NCBI GenBank assembly: GCA_902520385.1
Contig: CABYOB010000001.1
Span: forward strand, 14,409-78,408
DNA from: an uncultured Bacteroidota bacterium
GTDB lineage: Bacteria; Bacteroidota; Bacteroidia; Flavobacteriales; TMED113
DNA length: 64,000 nt
Direction of reading: 5' to 3'
The stretch's first letter is position 1; every line of letters starts with the position of its first letter. The position numbers were made by a program, and so were the translations under genes. The notes beneath the pieces are model-generated. The model saw nothing but the letters and a program-made list of their open reading frames with translations, was not told the origin of the DNA and did no database searches. Positions 1 to 10,372 of this stretch are shown here, piece after piece.

Positions 1-1971
1 CACTAAAGTTATATCTACATGTATTTGTGTTGTTTTATAATTTTCTTTTAAATTGTATGAAACAAAAGTGTTTTCTCCATTAATTCTATATACAAAACTT
101 GATTCTCCTAAAATCATACCTTGATTTATAATTTTTTTAAAAGGTTCATCAAAAGGAATTAATGATAAGTCATGTAGAAATTTTGTCCAGAATCTAGAAT
201 ATAATAAATGACCAGTTGCATGTTCTGCCCCCCCTACATATAGATCTACATTTTCCCAGTAATTTAATTCTTTATCTCCAACAAATTTGTCATTGTTATT
301 AGGATCTAGGTATCTTATAAAATACCAAGAAGAACCAGCCCATCCTGGCATTGTAGAGTATTCAAATTTATATTCATTTTTATATTTCCAGTTTTTTGCT
401 CTTGCCAGAGGAGGCTCTCCATTCTTCGTAGGCAGATAAGTGTCTATTGATGGTAATATTAAGGGAAGTTCATTTTCAGGAATTAAGTAAGGAACGTTTT
501 TTTTGTAGTATATAGGGAAAGGTTCTCCCCAATATCTTTGTCTACTAAAGACAGCATCTCGTAATCTGTAATTTATTGAGATAGATCCAATATTTTTTTC
601 ACTAACTAGATTAATTATTTTTTTAGTTGCTTGTGATACGGTTAAATTATCTAGAAAAAATGAATTAATCAATTTCCCTTCTTTTTCTAAGTAAGGCTCT
701 TCCTTGACTATAGTTTTGTTTTTAATTACTTGATTAATCTTGATTTTAAATTTTTTAGCAAATTTAAAATCTCTTGCATCATGAGCAGGAACAGCCATAA
801 TTGCACCACTTCCATAATTAGACAAAACATATTCTGATATCCAAATAGGTATTTTTTCATTACTAAAAGGGTGTATTGCATATGAACCTGTAAATTCTCC
901 AGAAATGGAGTTAATGTTTGATATACGATCTAGTTCACTTTTTTTAGAACAATTTAATTGATATTTTTCAATTTTTTCTTTTTGATTTTGAGTACAAAGC
1001 TTATTTATAAGTTCGTGCTCAGGCGATAAAACCAAAAAACTAACACCAAAAATTGTTTCAGGTCTTGTTGTGAAAACGGGTATATTTAAATTTTTATCAG
1101 TGTTAAATGAAATATTTAATCCAGAGGATTTACCTATCCAGTTTCTTTGTTGTTCTTTAAGAGAATTTGGCCAATCAATTTTATTTAAGTCTTCTAATAA
1201 ACGGTCAGCATAAGCAGTTATTCTTAATACCCATTGATTCATTTTTTTTTGTGTAACTATGTGACCACCACGAACAGAAAGACCATCTTTTACTTCATCA
1301 TTAGCTAATACTGTACTTAAATCTTCACACCAATTCACCATAGTATTCGCTAAATAAGCTAAACGGTATTTTAGTAACATCTTTTGTTGTTTTTCTTCAC
1401 TCCAATTGTTCCAGTCTTTTGCATCAAAATTTGGAGTATTAACATCGCATGGAGAATCAATAGAATTATTCCCGTTTTTTTCAAATTCTTTTATTAGTTC
1501 TTCTATAGGAACAGCTTTATTGTCTATATTACAATAATAAGAATTATAAAGTTTTGTAAATATCCACTGTGTCCATTTGTAATATTTATAATCAGAAGTT
1601 TTAAGCTCTCTGTCCCAGTCAAAAGACAATCCGATATTTTTTAATTGAGATTTATATTTTTCGGAGTTTTCTTTAGTAGTTTTTTCAGGATGTTTGCCAG
1701 TTGCAATGGCATATTGTTCGGCAGGAAGGCCAAAAGAATCAAAACCCATTGGATGTAACACGTTGAATCCCTTTAGTTTCTTGTATCGACTGTATATATC
1801 AGATGCAATATATCCTAACGGATGACCAACATGAAGACCAGCTCCAGAGGGGTATGGAAACATGTCTAATACATAAAATTTTTTTTGTGTACTAATATTA
1901 GTTTTAAAAAGCTTTGACTGTTCCCACTTTTCTTTCCATTTAGCTTCTATTTTTTTAAAATTATAATTCAT
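1..1971 (-). CDS. leuS: leucine--tRNA ligase, N-terminal 657 codons (3' end lies beyond window start)
   Basis: Not in the ORF track because it runs off the edge. My reverse-strand translation from ATG (complement of 1969-1971) gives MNYNFKKIEAKWKEKWEQSKLF...MFPYPSGAGLHVGHPLGYIASDIYSRYKKLKGFNVLHPMGFDSFGLPAEQYAI. This is the class I HIGH-type signature and LeuRS-typical context. The frame stays open to position 1. Confidence 0.9.
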   Translation of the reverse strand, partial: MNYNFKKIEAKWKEKWEQSKLFKTNISTQKKFYVLDMFPYPSGAGLHVGHPLGYIASDIYSRYKKLKGFNVLHPMGFDSFGLPAEQYAIATGKHPEKTTKENSEKYKSQLKNIGLSFDWDRELKTSDYKYYKWTQWIFTKLYNSYYCNIDNKAVPIEELIKEFEKNGNNSIDSPCDVNTPNFDAKDWNNWSEEKQQKMLLKYRLAYLANTMVNWCEDLSTVLANDEVKDGLSVRGGHIVTQKKMNQWVLRITAYADRLLEDLNKIDWPNSLKEQQRNWIGKSSGLNISFNTDKNLNIPVFTTRPETIFGVSFLVLSPEHELINKLCTQNQKEKIEKYQLNCSKKSELDRISNINSISGEFTGSYAIHPFSNEKIPIWISEYVLSNYGSGAIMAVPAHDARDFKFAKKFKIKINQVIKNKTIVKEEPYLEKEGKLINSFFLDNLTVSQATKKIINLVSEKNIGSISINYRLRDAVFSRQRYWGEPFPIYYKKNVPYLIPENELPLILPSIDTYLPTKNGEPPLARAKNWKYKNEYKFEYSTMPGWAGSSWYFIRYLDPNNNDKFVGDKELNYWENVDLYVGGAEHATGHLLYSRFWTKFLHDLSLIPFDEPFKKIINQGMILGESSFVYRINGENTFVSYNLKENYKTTQIHVDITLV

Positions 1972-1991
1972 TTTTTGAGGTAAAGAAATGA

Positions 1992-1999
1992 CAAATTTA
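1992..1999 (-). promoter_or_regulatory. candidate Bacteroidota -7 promoter box (TAAATTTG on minus strand) for leuS
   Basis: Plus strand caaattta is TAnnTTTG on the minus strand, 21 nt upstream of the leuS ATG in a divergent intergenic region. Confidence 0.35.
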
Positions 2000-2062
2000 G
2001 TATTTTTAAGATACTAAATCTTACTTAAATTAATTGGATTTATTAATTTAGTTTTTAAGATC

Positions 2063-2968
2063 ATGAGTAACCATTCTAATAAAGTATTAAAAAATTCGAT
2101 TTTCAGTTTAAAAACCTCAATGATATTTACTATGACAATTGCTTTAGTGAGCATAGGCTTTATAGTATTTATTTCATTTTTTTCTAATAGATTAATTATT
2201 TTATTACAGGAGGAAATACCATTTAAAATAATTTTAAAAGATTCGAATTCACCTGAAGTATATGATTTAATGAATTTTTTGAAGAACAATGAAGAAGTAA
2301 ATATTCAGAAAACACAATTTGTTCAAAAAGAACTAGCGGTCAATAATTTAAAACAAAAATTAGGTAAGGATTTTCTGGCTCCATTAGATAATGAGAACCC
2401 ATTACCTGATATAGTAAATTTATATATAAAACCTGATTATCATAATTCTAAAATTTTAAAAGATTTAAAAATTAAAATTGAAAATCAATCAATTGTTGCA
2501 AGTGTTATATTTCCAGTAAAAATATCAGATCAATTACTTTATTTTAAATCAAAATTTTTGATTATTTCTATTTTTATAAGTGCAATTTTCTTGATTTTTT
2601 CCGCTATTTTGATTTATAATAATATTAGATTAACTATTTATGCAAATAGATATAATTTAAATGTTATGCAGTTAGTTGGCGCCAAAAGGAGCTTTATACA
2701 AAAACCATATTTAAAAAGAAGTATTGTAGATGGTTTTACAGCATCGGTTATTTCGACTTTTATTTTAGGTTTTATTTTACTTACAATAATTTACATTGGT
2801 CTAGGAAATAATGATTTGATGTTAGAAAAATTATTGGTTGTTTTTTCTAAACTTGAAATTTCTTTATTTTTTATACTTATAATTTCTTTGGGTATTTTAA
2901 TTTCAGGATTTAGTAATTGGCTAGTTTTGAGAAGAATACTTAGTTTAAAAATTAATTTTTACAAATAG
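2063..2968 (+). CDS. ftsX: cell division permease-like protein FtsX
   Basis: 301 aa with an N-terminal TM segment, a periplasmic loop and three C-terminal TM segments. Contains MQLVGAKRSFIQKPYLKRSIVDG, typical of the FtsX family. Synteny with DUF3098 and uppP. Confidence 0.75.
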   Translation: MSNHSNKVLKNSIFSLKTSMIFTMTIALVSIGFIVFISFFSNRLIILLQEEIPFKIILKDSNSPEVYDLMNFLKNNEEVNIQKTQFVQKELAVNNLKQKLGKDFLAPLDNENPLPDIVNLYIKPDYHNSKILKDLKIKIENQSIVASVIFPVKISDQLLYFKSKFLIISIFISAIFLIFSAILIYNNIRLTIYANRYNLNVMQLVGAKRSFIQKPYLKRSIVDGFTASVISTFILGFILLTIIYIGLGNNDLMLEKLLVVFSKLEISLFFILIISLGILISGFSNWLVLRRILSLKINFYK

Positions 2969-2975
2969 AAAAATC

Positions 2976-3197
2976 ATGAAAGAAGAGCCAAATTTTTTAT
3001 TTAGCAAGAAAAAATATATTATTCTAATTTGCTCAATTTGTTTACTAATATTAGGTTTTGTATTGATGTCTGGAGGAGGATCTTCTGGATCAGAATTTAA
3101 TCCAGAAATATTTTCAAGCAGAAGAGTAGTTCTTGCTCCCATTATTATTATTATGGCATTTATTTTATCAGGTTTTATAATTATGAAGAAAAAATGA
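2976..3197 (+). CDS. small two-TM membrane protein (DUF3098-like)
   Basis: 73 aa with two hydrophobic segments. Its position between ftsX and uppP matches the conserved Bacteroidota arrangement as I remember it. Confidence 0.5.
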   Translation: MKEEPNFLFSKKKYIILICSICLLILGFVLMSGGGSSGSEFNPEIFSSRRVVLAPIIIIMAFILSGFIIMKKK

Positions 3198-3988
3198 GTG
3201 AATATATTGAATATATATTCTTGGCGATTATACAGGGTATAACAGAGTTTTTACCAGTAAGTAGCAGTGGACACATAGAATTTTTAAAACACATATTTGA
3301 TAATCCATCAATTCAAAAAGATGGGGCATTTATTACGGTGATACTGCATTTAGCTACGGCTTTAAGTATTATTATTATTTATCGAAAAAAAATAAAAGAG
3401 TTATTATTTATAAATAATAAAAAATCTAGAAGTTACATATTGAATATTGTAGTCTCTATTATTCCAGTTTTATTTTTAGTGCTATTAAATTTAGATCAAA
3501 CAATAGAAAATAAATATAATGAAGGTTGGAATTTAATGTTTATTGCAGGTATGTTTTTTCTTACAGCTTTGATTCTTTTTGTAACTGAAAAAATTAATGT
3601 TAAAACTCAAGAAATAACCTGGAAGAGTGCTTTGATTATAGGGATTTTTCAAGCTGTTGCTATTTTACCAGGAATTTCTAGATCTGGAACAACAATTTGT
3701 GTAGCTCTTTTACTTGGAACTTCAAAAAAAGAATCTTCAACATTTTCTTTTTTAATTTGTTTACCAATAATTTTAGGCAAATCAATTCAAGATATAATTG
3801 GTTCAGACATAATTAATGAAGCGGAATTTAATTTACCAATATTAATTGCTTTTATAGTCACTTTTTTTATTGGTCTATTTTGTTGTAAATGGATGATTAA
3901 AATTGTAAATCAAAGCAAATTAAAATATTTTGGCCTATACTGTTTTTGTATTTCAATTAGCGCATTTTTATTTAATATTTTTTCATGA
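3194..3988 (+). CDS. uppP: undecaprenyl-diphosphate phosphatase
   Basis: Motifs GITEFLPVSSSGH and PGISRSGTT; polytopic membrane protein of 264 aa. Confidence 0.9.
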   Translation: MSEYIEYIFLAIIQGITEFLPVSSSGHIEFLKHIFDNPSIQKDGAFITVILHLATALSIIIIYRKKIKELLFINNKKSRSYILNIVVSIIPVLFLVLLNLDQTIENKYNEGWNLMFIAGMFFLTALILFVTEKINVKTQEITWKSALIIGIFQAVAILPGISRSGTTICVALLLGTSKKESSTFSFLICLPIILGKSIQDIIGSDIINEAEFNLPILIAFIVTFFIGLFCCKWMIKIVNQSKLKYFGLYCFCISISAFLFNIFS

Positions 3989-4659
3989 AAAATGATGTGA
4001 TTTTAATAAATAAACCTACGAATTGGACATCATTTGATGTTGTAAAAAGGATAAGGGGACTTATAAAAAAAAAATATAATCTAAGTAAATTAAAAGTAGG
4101 GCATGCTGGAACTCTTGATCCTTTAGCGTCAGGTTTACTTATTATATGTACTGGAAAAAAAACAAGAGAGATTTCCACATATCAAAATTTAAAAAAAAAA
4201 TATTTCGCTACTATAAAACTAGGCTTTTGTACTGAAACCTATGATAGAGAATCAGATGAAGAAGATGTGGGGGATTATACAAAGATCTCAACTAATAAAA
4301 TAAACGAACTAAGTCAAGTATTTATAGGCAAACAAACCCAAATTCCCCCTAAATATTCAGCTGTTAAAATTAATGGAAAACGAGCTTATGAAAAAGCAAG
4401 AAATAATGAAAAATTTAAATTAAATTCTCGCTCAATTGAGATATATTCTTTTGTAATAAAAAAAATTTATTTTCCTTATATAGACCTTGAAGTAATATGT
4501 AGTAAGGGAACCTATATTAGGTCCTTAGCTCATGATATAGGCGTTTTTTTAGAATGCGGGGCATATCTTTATAATTTAAAAAGAACAGCGATAGGCAACC
4601 ATGATTTAGATTTAGCGTTAAATTTAGAAAATTTTGAAATAAACTTAGATAAAATATAA
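3985..4659 (+). CDS. truB: tRNA pseudouridine(55) synthase
   Basis: KVGHAGTLDPLASGLLIICTGKKT catalytic Asp motif; 224 aa short form without a PUA extension. Confidence 0.9.
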   Translation: MKNDVILINKPTNWTSFDVVKRIRGLIKKKYNLSKLKVGHAGTLDPLASGLLIICTGKKTREISTYQNLKKKYFATIKLGFCTETYDRESDEEDVGDYTKISTNKINELSQVFIGKQTQIPPKYSAVKINGKRAYEKARNNEKFKLNSRSIEIYSFVIKKIYFPYIDLEVICSKGTYIRSLAHDIGVFLECGAYLYNLKRTAIGNHDLDLALNLENFEINLDKI

Positions 4660-4685
4660 ACACAAAATCAACTGATTTAATTTTG

Positions 4686-4693
4686 TATATTTG
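4686..4693 (+). promoter_or_regulatory. candidate -7 promoter box (TATATTTG) for queA
   Basis: Exact TAnnTTTG 22 nt upstream of the queA ATG in a 55-nt intergenic gap. Confidence 0.4.
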
Positions 4694-4714
4694 CGGACTT
4701 TACTATTTTAATAA

Positions 4715-5776
4715 ATGAACATGAAATATAAATTATCAAATTTTAATTACGATTTACCAGAAAAGCTAATTGCAAAGAAAGCCAATGCAGAAAGAGATGA
4801 ATCAAGAATGATGGTAGTAGATAGGAAAACAGGTAACATAGAACATAAAACGTTTAAAGATATTCTTTCATATTTTGATGATCAAGATATGTTTGTTGTT
4901 AATAACACTAAGGTTTTTCCTGCTCGAATGTATGGAAATAAAGAAAAAACTGGCGCAAGAATTGAAGTTTTTTTGCTTAGAGAGTTAAATAGTGAAATAA
5001 GATTATGGGATGTTTTGGTTGACCCAGCACGAAAAATAAGAATCGGTAATAAATTATACTTTGGAGATGATTTTTCTTTAGTAGCGGAAGTTGTTGATAA
5101 TACTACATCAAGAGGCAGAACCTTAAGGTTTTTATATGATGGAGATTATGATGAGTTTAGAAATAAGTTAAAAGAACTTGGAGAAACTCCAATTCCTAAA
5201 TATTTAAATAGGAATCCAGACAAAACAGATATTAATAGATACCAAACTGTTTATGCTAAAGTTGAAGGAGCAGTTGCTGCACCTACTGCCGGATTACATT
5301 TTAGTAGAAATTTATTAAAGAGAGCTGAAATTAAAGGTGTAAAATTAAGTGAAATCACACTGCATGTCGGACTTGGAACTTTTAAGCCTGTAGAAGTGGA
5401 GGATTTATCAAAACATAAAATGGATTCAGAAAGGTTATTTATTCCTGAGCAAACATCTATTGACGTTAATATGTCCTTGAAAGGGAGAAGAAAAATTTGT
5501 GCAATTGGAACTACTTGTATAAGGGCACTTGAATCATCGGTGTCTACGGGAAAGGAACTAAAGCCATTTGATGGTTGGACAAATAAGTTTATTTTTCCTA
5601 ATTATAAATTTAGAATTGCTAATTCTATGGTAACAAATTTTCATGCACCAAAATCTACTTTAATGATGCTTGTTGCTGCATTTTCTGGACATGAATTATT
5701 AATGAAAGCTTATAAAGAAGCAATAAAAGAAAAATACAAATTCCTAAGTTATGGAGATTGTATGTTGATATTATAA
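4715..5776 (+). CDS. queA: S-adenosylmethionine:tRNA ribosyltransferase-isomerase
   Basis: N-terminus [26 protein letters not shown] and AAPTAGLHF motif; 353 aa. Confidence 0.9.
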   Translation: MNMKYKLSNFNYDLPEKLIAKKANAERDESRMMVVDRKTGNIEHKTFKDILSYFDDQDMFVVNNTKVFPARMYGNKEKTGARIEVFLLRELNSEIRLWDVLVDPARKIRIGNKLYFGDDFSLVAEVVDNTTSRGRTLRFLYDGDYDEFRNKLKELGETPIPKYLNRNPDKTDINRYQTVYAKVEGAVAAPTAGLHFSRNLLKRAEIKGVKLSEITLHVGLGTFKPVEVEDLSKHKMDSERLFIPEQTSIDVNMSLKGRRKICAIGTTCIRALESSVSTGKELKPFDGWTNKFIFPNYKFRIANSMVTNFHAPKSTLMMLVAAFSGHELLMKAYKEAIKEKYKFLSYGDCMLIL

Positions 5777-5790
5777 TTATCTATCTCTGG

Positions 5791-6471
5791 ATGTCAGTAA
5801 AACATTTTGTAATCATATTAGCCGGAGGAAAGGGTAAAAGGATGCAAACAGACACCTTAAAACAATTTTTAGTTTTAGGAAAAAAACCTGTGTTATTTCA
5901 TAGTTTAAATACATTTTTTGAATTTGATAAAAAATGTATTTTTTCAGTTGTTTTACCTAAAAATCAAATATTACAATGGAAGAAAATTTGTAAGCAGTAT
6001 GAATTTAAGTTATCTCATAATATAATCTTGGGTGGAAAAACTAGGTATGAATCAGTAAAAAACGCATTGCTTAATTTAAAAATTAATAAAGATGATATGA
6101 TTTCTATTCATGACGGAGTACGGCCCTTTATTAGTAAAAAATTAATTAAAAAGCTTTATAAATCTGCTTTATTAAAAGGTCACGCAGCTCCTATTTTAAC
6201 TTCTAATGATTCTCTTAGGATGTATATAGAAAACTCTATTACAAGTAAATCAGTAGATAGAGCAAAATATATATTTACACAAACACCTCAAATTTTTAGA
6301 GCAAACATTATTAAAAATGCATACAAGAAAGAGAAAGATAGAGCAACAGATGACATCACTTTAATAGAGGATTATGTTCAAAGAGTGAATTTAATAAAAG
6401 GCGAAAAAATTAATATGAAAATTACAACAAAAGAAGATTGGGATTTGGCACAAAAAATAATTAGATCTTAA
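5791..6471 (+). CDS. ispD: 2-C-methyl-D-erythritol 4-phosphate cytidylyltransferase
   Basis: VIILAGGKGKRM nucleotide-binding motif. I place the start at the internal ATG 5791 (MSVKHF...) rather than the track start 5758, which overlaps queA. Confidence 0.85.
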   Translation: MSVKHFVIILAGGKGKRMQTDTLKQFLVLGKKPVLFHSLNTFFEFDKKCIFSVVLPKNQILQWKKICKQYEFKLSHNIILGGKTRYESVKNALLNLKINKDDMISIHDGVRPFISKKLIKKLYKSALLKGHAAPILTSNDSLRMYIENSITSKSVDRAKYIFTQTPQIFRANIIKNAYKKEKDRATDDITLIEDYVQRVNLIKGEKINMKITTKEDWDLAQKIIRS

Positions 6472-6499
6472 AAGCCAATAATTTTTATATATTTTATTT

Positions 6500-7540
6500 A
6501 TGAAAAAAAATATTAGAGAATTAAAATTTTCTGAATTAGAGGATTTGTTAATTAAATTAAAGGAACCTGCATATAGGGCGCGTCAAATTTATAGATGGCT
6601 TTGGAGAGAAAAAGTTTCGTCTTTTGATCAAATGACCAATATTTCAAAATTTTGCCAGAAGTATTTGTCTCAAAATTATTCAATTCAATATGTGGCAATT
6701 GACACTTTAATAAAAAGTAATGATGGGACCATAAAATTTCTATTTAAACTATCAGATGGAAATAAGTGTGAAGGGGTTTTAATACCAGAAAAAAATCGAA
6801 TCACTGCTTGCGTTTCTTCACAGGTAGGTTGTAGTTTTGCATGTAAATTTTGTGCAACAGGAAAAATGAAAAGAATAAGAAATGTTTTTTCTTATGAGAT
6901 ATTTGATCAAGTTTCTTTAATTAAAAAAGAGGCAAAAAATATATATAATATTGGTTTAACTAATATTGTATATATGGGTATGGGAGAACCCTTAGTAAAT
7001 TATCAAAATGTTATTGATTCTATCAAATATATTACAAGTAAACAGGGTTTAAATATATCTCCTAAAAGGATTACATTATCTACAGTTGGGGTTTCAAAAA
7101 TGATAAAGAAATTAGCAGATGAAAACTTAAAAGTGAATTTAGCGGTGTCTTTACATTCAGCAAACAATATTAAAAGAAGTGAGATTATGGATATAAATTC
7201 TATTAATGACTTGGATAATTTAAAAGAATCTTTGATTTATTTTTTTCAAAAAACTAAAATTAAAATTACTTATGAATATGTTATGTTAAGGGATTTTAAT
7301 GACACAAAAGAAGATGCAATTGATTTGATTAAATTCTCAAAAATAGTTCCATCAAAAATTAATTTAATTGAGTTTAATTCTGTTAAGAATTCAAATTTTA
7401 AAAAATCTACGGAAAAAAACACAAAGGAATTTATATCATTTTTAAAAAAAGAAAATATTATAGTTAATTTGAGAAGGAGTAGGGGAGAAGATGTAAATGC
7501 GGCTTGTGGCCAATTAGCAAACTTAATGGAAACATGTTAA
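6500..7540 (+). CDS. rlmN: 23S rRNA (adenine2503-C2)-methyltransferase, radical SAM
   Basis: SSQVGCSFACKFCATG (CxxxCxxC radical SAM motif), GMGEPL, C-terminal AACGQL. Confidence 0.9.
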   Translation: MKKNIRELKFSELEDLLIKLKEPAYRARQIYRWLWREKVSSFDQMTNISKFCQKYLSQNYSIQYVAIDTLIKSNDGTIKFLFKLSDGNKCEGVLIPEKNRITACVSSQVGCSFACKFCATGKMKRIRNVFSYEIFDQVSLIKKEAKNIYNIGLTNIVYMGMGEPLVNYQNVIDSIKYITSKQGLNISPKRITLSTVGVSKMIKKLADENLKVNLAVSLHSANNIKRSEIMDINSINDLDNLKESLIYFFQKTKIKITYEYVMLRDFNDTKEDAIDLIKFSKIVPSKINLIEFNSVKNSNFKKSTEKNTKEFISFLKKENIIVNLRRSRGEDVNAACGQLANLMETC

Positions 7541-8505
7541 AACAAATAACAAAACCAATACAAAAAGAAATAAAAATTTTTGATGAAAAGTATAAAGAAT
7601 CTTTATCATCAGATGTAAAATTAATTTTAACTATTTCCAGTTATATTTTAAAAAAACCTGGGAAAAGAATTAGGCCAATTTTGATACTATTGGTTGCTAA
7701 GTTATTAGGCGAGGTTAATGAAAAAACGTATTCTTCTTGTATATTAATAGAATTATTACATACTGCGACATTAATTCATGATGATGTTGTAGATGATGCT
7801 AGTTTTAGAAGAGGTCATTTTTCAGTCAATAATTTATGGAAAAATAAAATTGCTGTTTTAGTAGGAGATTTTTTGCTTTCAAAGGGTTTGTCACTAGGCT
7901 TAAAAGATGGAGACTTAAATATATTATTATATACTTCAAAAGCAGTCGAGAGGATCAGTGAAGGTGAGATCTTTCAGTTACAAAAGTCTAGAGATTTAGA
8001 TATATCAGAGGAAGATTACTATAATATTATTCAACGTAAAACAGGATCATTATTTGGTTGTTGTTTTCAATTAGCAGCGATATCTAACAATATATCTTCA
8101 AAAGAAGAAATAAAAAATTTATATAATATTGGCTTAAAAATTGGAATGATTTTTCAAATAAAAGATGATATTTTGGATTATAAAAGTAGCTCAATAACAG
8201 GAAAAATAATGGGGAATGATTTGAAAGAAAGTAAAATTAATCTTCCTCTGTTATTTACAATTAAAAAAGTGTCTTTTCTGAAAAGACAAAAAATATTTCG
8301 GATATTAAGAGATAATAAAATTAACAGAGAAGATGTCTATTATATAAAAAAATTAGTGAAAATTAATAAAGGAATAGAGATGGCAATTAAAAAAATGGAA
8401 AGTTTAGAAAAAGAAATTATTTCGCATTTAAAAAATTATCCGGAATCGATATATAAGAGATCTTTAATTGATTTAATTCATTTTATTTTAGTTAGAAAAA
8501 AATAA
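7534..8505 (+). CDS. polyprenyl diphosphate synthase (IspB-like)
   Basis: First and second Asp-rich motifs LIHDDVVDD and FQIKDDILD. Start moved to ATG 7534 (ATGTTAA overlap with the rlmN stop). Confidence 0.8.
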   Translation: MLKQITKPIQKEIKIFDEKYKESLSSDVKLILTISSYILKKPGKRIRPILILLVAKLLGEVNEKTYSSCILIELLHTATLIHDDVVDDASFRRGHFSVNNLWKNKIAVLVGDFLLSKGLSLGLKDGDLNILLYTSKAVERISEGEIFQLQKSRDLDISEEDYYNIIQRKTGSLFGCCFQLAAISNNISSKEEIKNLYNIGLKIGMIFQIKDDILDYKSSSITGKIMGNDLKESKINLPLLFTIKKVSFLKRQKIFRILRDNKINREDVYYIKKLVKINKGIEMAIKKMESLEKEIISHLKNYPESIYKRSLIDLIHFILVRKK

Positions 8506-8508
8506 AAA

Positions 8509-10368
8509 ATGATATCAAAAAAAACGATAGAAGAAGTATTTAATGTAGCTATCATAGAGGATGTTATTGGTGACTTTGTTTCACTTAAAAAAGCTGGTGC
8601 TAATTATAAAGGTCTTAGTCCCTTTTCTGACGAGAAAACCCCGTCTTTTATAGTATCTCCATCTAAAAGAATATGGAAAGATTTTAGTTCCGGAAAAGGA
8701 GGTAATGTAGTTTCTTTTTTAATGGAGCATGATGGGTGCTCATACCCCGAGGCTATAAAATACTTAGCCAAAAAATATAATATAGAAATTATTGAAAAGA
8801 AAGATGATTCTTACAATCCACAAGAAGAAGATGAAAAAGAATCAATTTCTATATTGTTAGATTTTGCAACCACTTATTTTAAAACTGTATTACATGAAAA
8901 TGCAAATAAGGATATTTTAGATTATTTATTATCTAGGGGGTTAGATCATAATATTATTAATAAATTTCAAATTGGATTTATCTCAAAAGGAAGTAAGAAC
9001 TTTTATGATTTTCTACTTAAAAAGGGTTATAAAAAAGATGTTTTAATTAAATCAGGTCTATTTATTGACGGTAAGAATATTTTCAGTCGATTTAATGGTA
9101 GAATTATGTTTCCTATTTTCACACTTAGTAATCGCGTAGTTGGTTTTGGGGGAAGAATTTTAATTGATGATAAGAAAACTGCAAAGTATATAAATTCTCC
9201 AGAAACTTTAGTATATCAAAAAAGTAAAATTTTATTTGGGATGAATTTTGCTAAAACTGATGTTATTAAAAAAGATAATTGTTATTTAGTGGAGGGTTAT
9301 TTAGATGTTATTGCTTTACATCAAAAGGGTATTTGTAATGTTGTGGCTTCTTCAGGTACGGCAATAACTTCTGACCAAATAAGAATTATAAAAAGATTTA
9401 CAAACTCAGTGACTATTTTATTTGATTCTGATTCAGCAGGCGTTCAAGCAACTCATCGAGCTATAAATGTAGCATTATCTCAAGATATGTTTGTAAGTAT
9501 TGTTAGTTTGCCAAGTGGTCAAGATCCAGATTCATTTTCTAAGAATAAGAATAAAGAGGAAATTGAAAATTATTTTATTGATAATAAAAAAGACTTTCTT
9601 TCATTTTTTTCTTACATGTCATCAATTTCTTCTTCTGGTCCAGAGGGAAAAATTAAATTGATAAAAAGTATTATAAATAGCATTGCATTAGTTCCAGATA
9701 TGACTAATCAAACCGTTTATCTTCAAGAAGCATCCAGTATTTTAAATATTGATGTGCAAATTCTTATTAAAGATTTAGAAAAAAACAAAAATAAAAATAA
9801 ACAAAAAAGCCCCATTCCTCAACAAAAAAATGATGAGCAAATTGAAAAACCTTCGCAAGAAGAGCAGTTTTTATTTAAACTATTATTAAATCATGGAGAA
9901 AAGTTTGTTCAAATTAACTCAACACAAAAATTACAAGTTTCAAAAATGATTTTACAAGAACTTCAACTAGATGGAATTCCTATTGTTTTTCCAGTTTTTG
10001 CTAGAATATTAATCGAATACCAAAATGCTATTAAAAAAGAAGAGATTATCACAAAAGATTATTTTATAAATCATCAAGACATCGAAATATCTAGGATAAC
10101 ATCTTATCTAATAAGTGAAAAATATAAAATGGACAACTGGGGCTTAAAGAATATAAAAGTTAAGAAAGAAGAAGATATTTTATTCAGTTTAGTCAAAGAA
10201 GGTTTAATTAGATTTAAATTAAAACGAATTTCAGATTTAACTAATAGTATTCTAGAAAAAATACCTTCTATCAATGATGAAATAGAAAAGAAAGAAGAAC
10301 TAAATAGATTCTCAAAATTAATGAATCTTTCCAGGAATTTGCATAAACAGCTTGGTAGAGAATGTTAA
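8509..10368 (+). CDS. dnaG: DNA primase
   Basis: N-terminal primase zinc-ribbon-like region EKTPSF...SGKGGNVVSFLME, TOPRIM region CYLVEGYLDVIALHQKG...LFDSDSAG. 619 aa with a low-complexity K/N-rich linker. Confidence 0.9.
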   Translation: MISKKTIEEVFNVAIIEDVIGDFVSLKKAGANYKGLSPFSDEKTPSFIVSPSKRIWKDFSSGKGGNVVSFLMEHDGCSYPEAIKYLAKKYNIEIIEKKDDSYNPQEEDEKESISILLDFATTYFKTVLHENANKDILDYLLSRGLDHNIINKFQIGFISKGSKNFYDFLLKKGYKKDVLIKSGLFIDGKNIFSRFNGRIMFPIFTLSNRVVGFGGRILIDDKKTAKYINSPETLVYQKSKILFGMNFAKTDVIKKDNCYLVEGYLDVIALHQKGICNVVASSGTAITSDQIRIIKRFTNSVTILFDSDSAGVQATHRAINVALSQDMFVSIVSLPSGQDPDSFSKNKNKEEIENYFIDNKKDFLSFFSYMSSISSSGPEGKIKLIKSIINSIALVPDMTNQTVYLQEASSILNIDVQILIKDLEKNKNKNKQKSPIPQQKNDEQIEKPSQEEQFLFKLLLNHGEKFVQINSTQKLQVSKMILQELQLDGIPIVFPVFARILIEYQNAIKKEEIITKDYFINHQDIEISRITSYLISEKYKMDNWGLKNIKVKKEEDILFSLVKEGLIRFKLKRISDLTNSILEKIPSINDEIEKKEELNRFSKLMNLSRNLHKQLGREC

Positions 10369-10372
10369 AAAA

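Noticed and set aside
2014-2289. 91-aa minus-strand ORF overlapping the ftsX 5' end
   Set aside because: It overlaps a better-supported gene on the opposite strand and would consume the leuS/ftsX divergent promoter region. Low-complexity K/I/N-rich sequence.
9781-9840. Apparent A-rich tandem repeat (aaaaacaaaaataaaaataaacaaaaaag)
   Set aside because: It is in frame inside dnaG and encodes a KNKNKNKQKS low-complexity linker between domains; not a repeat element or a slippery frameshift site.
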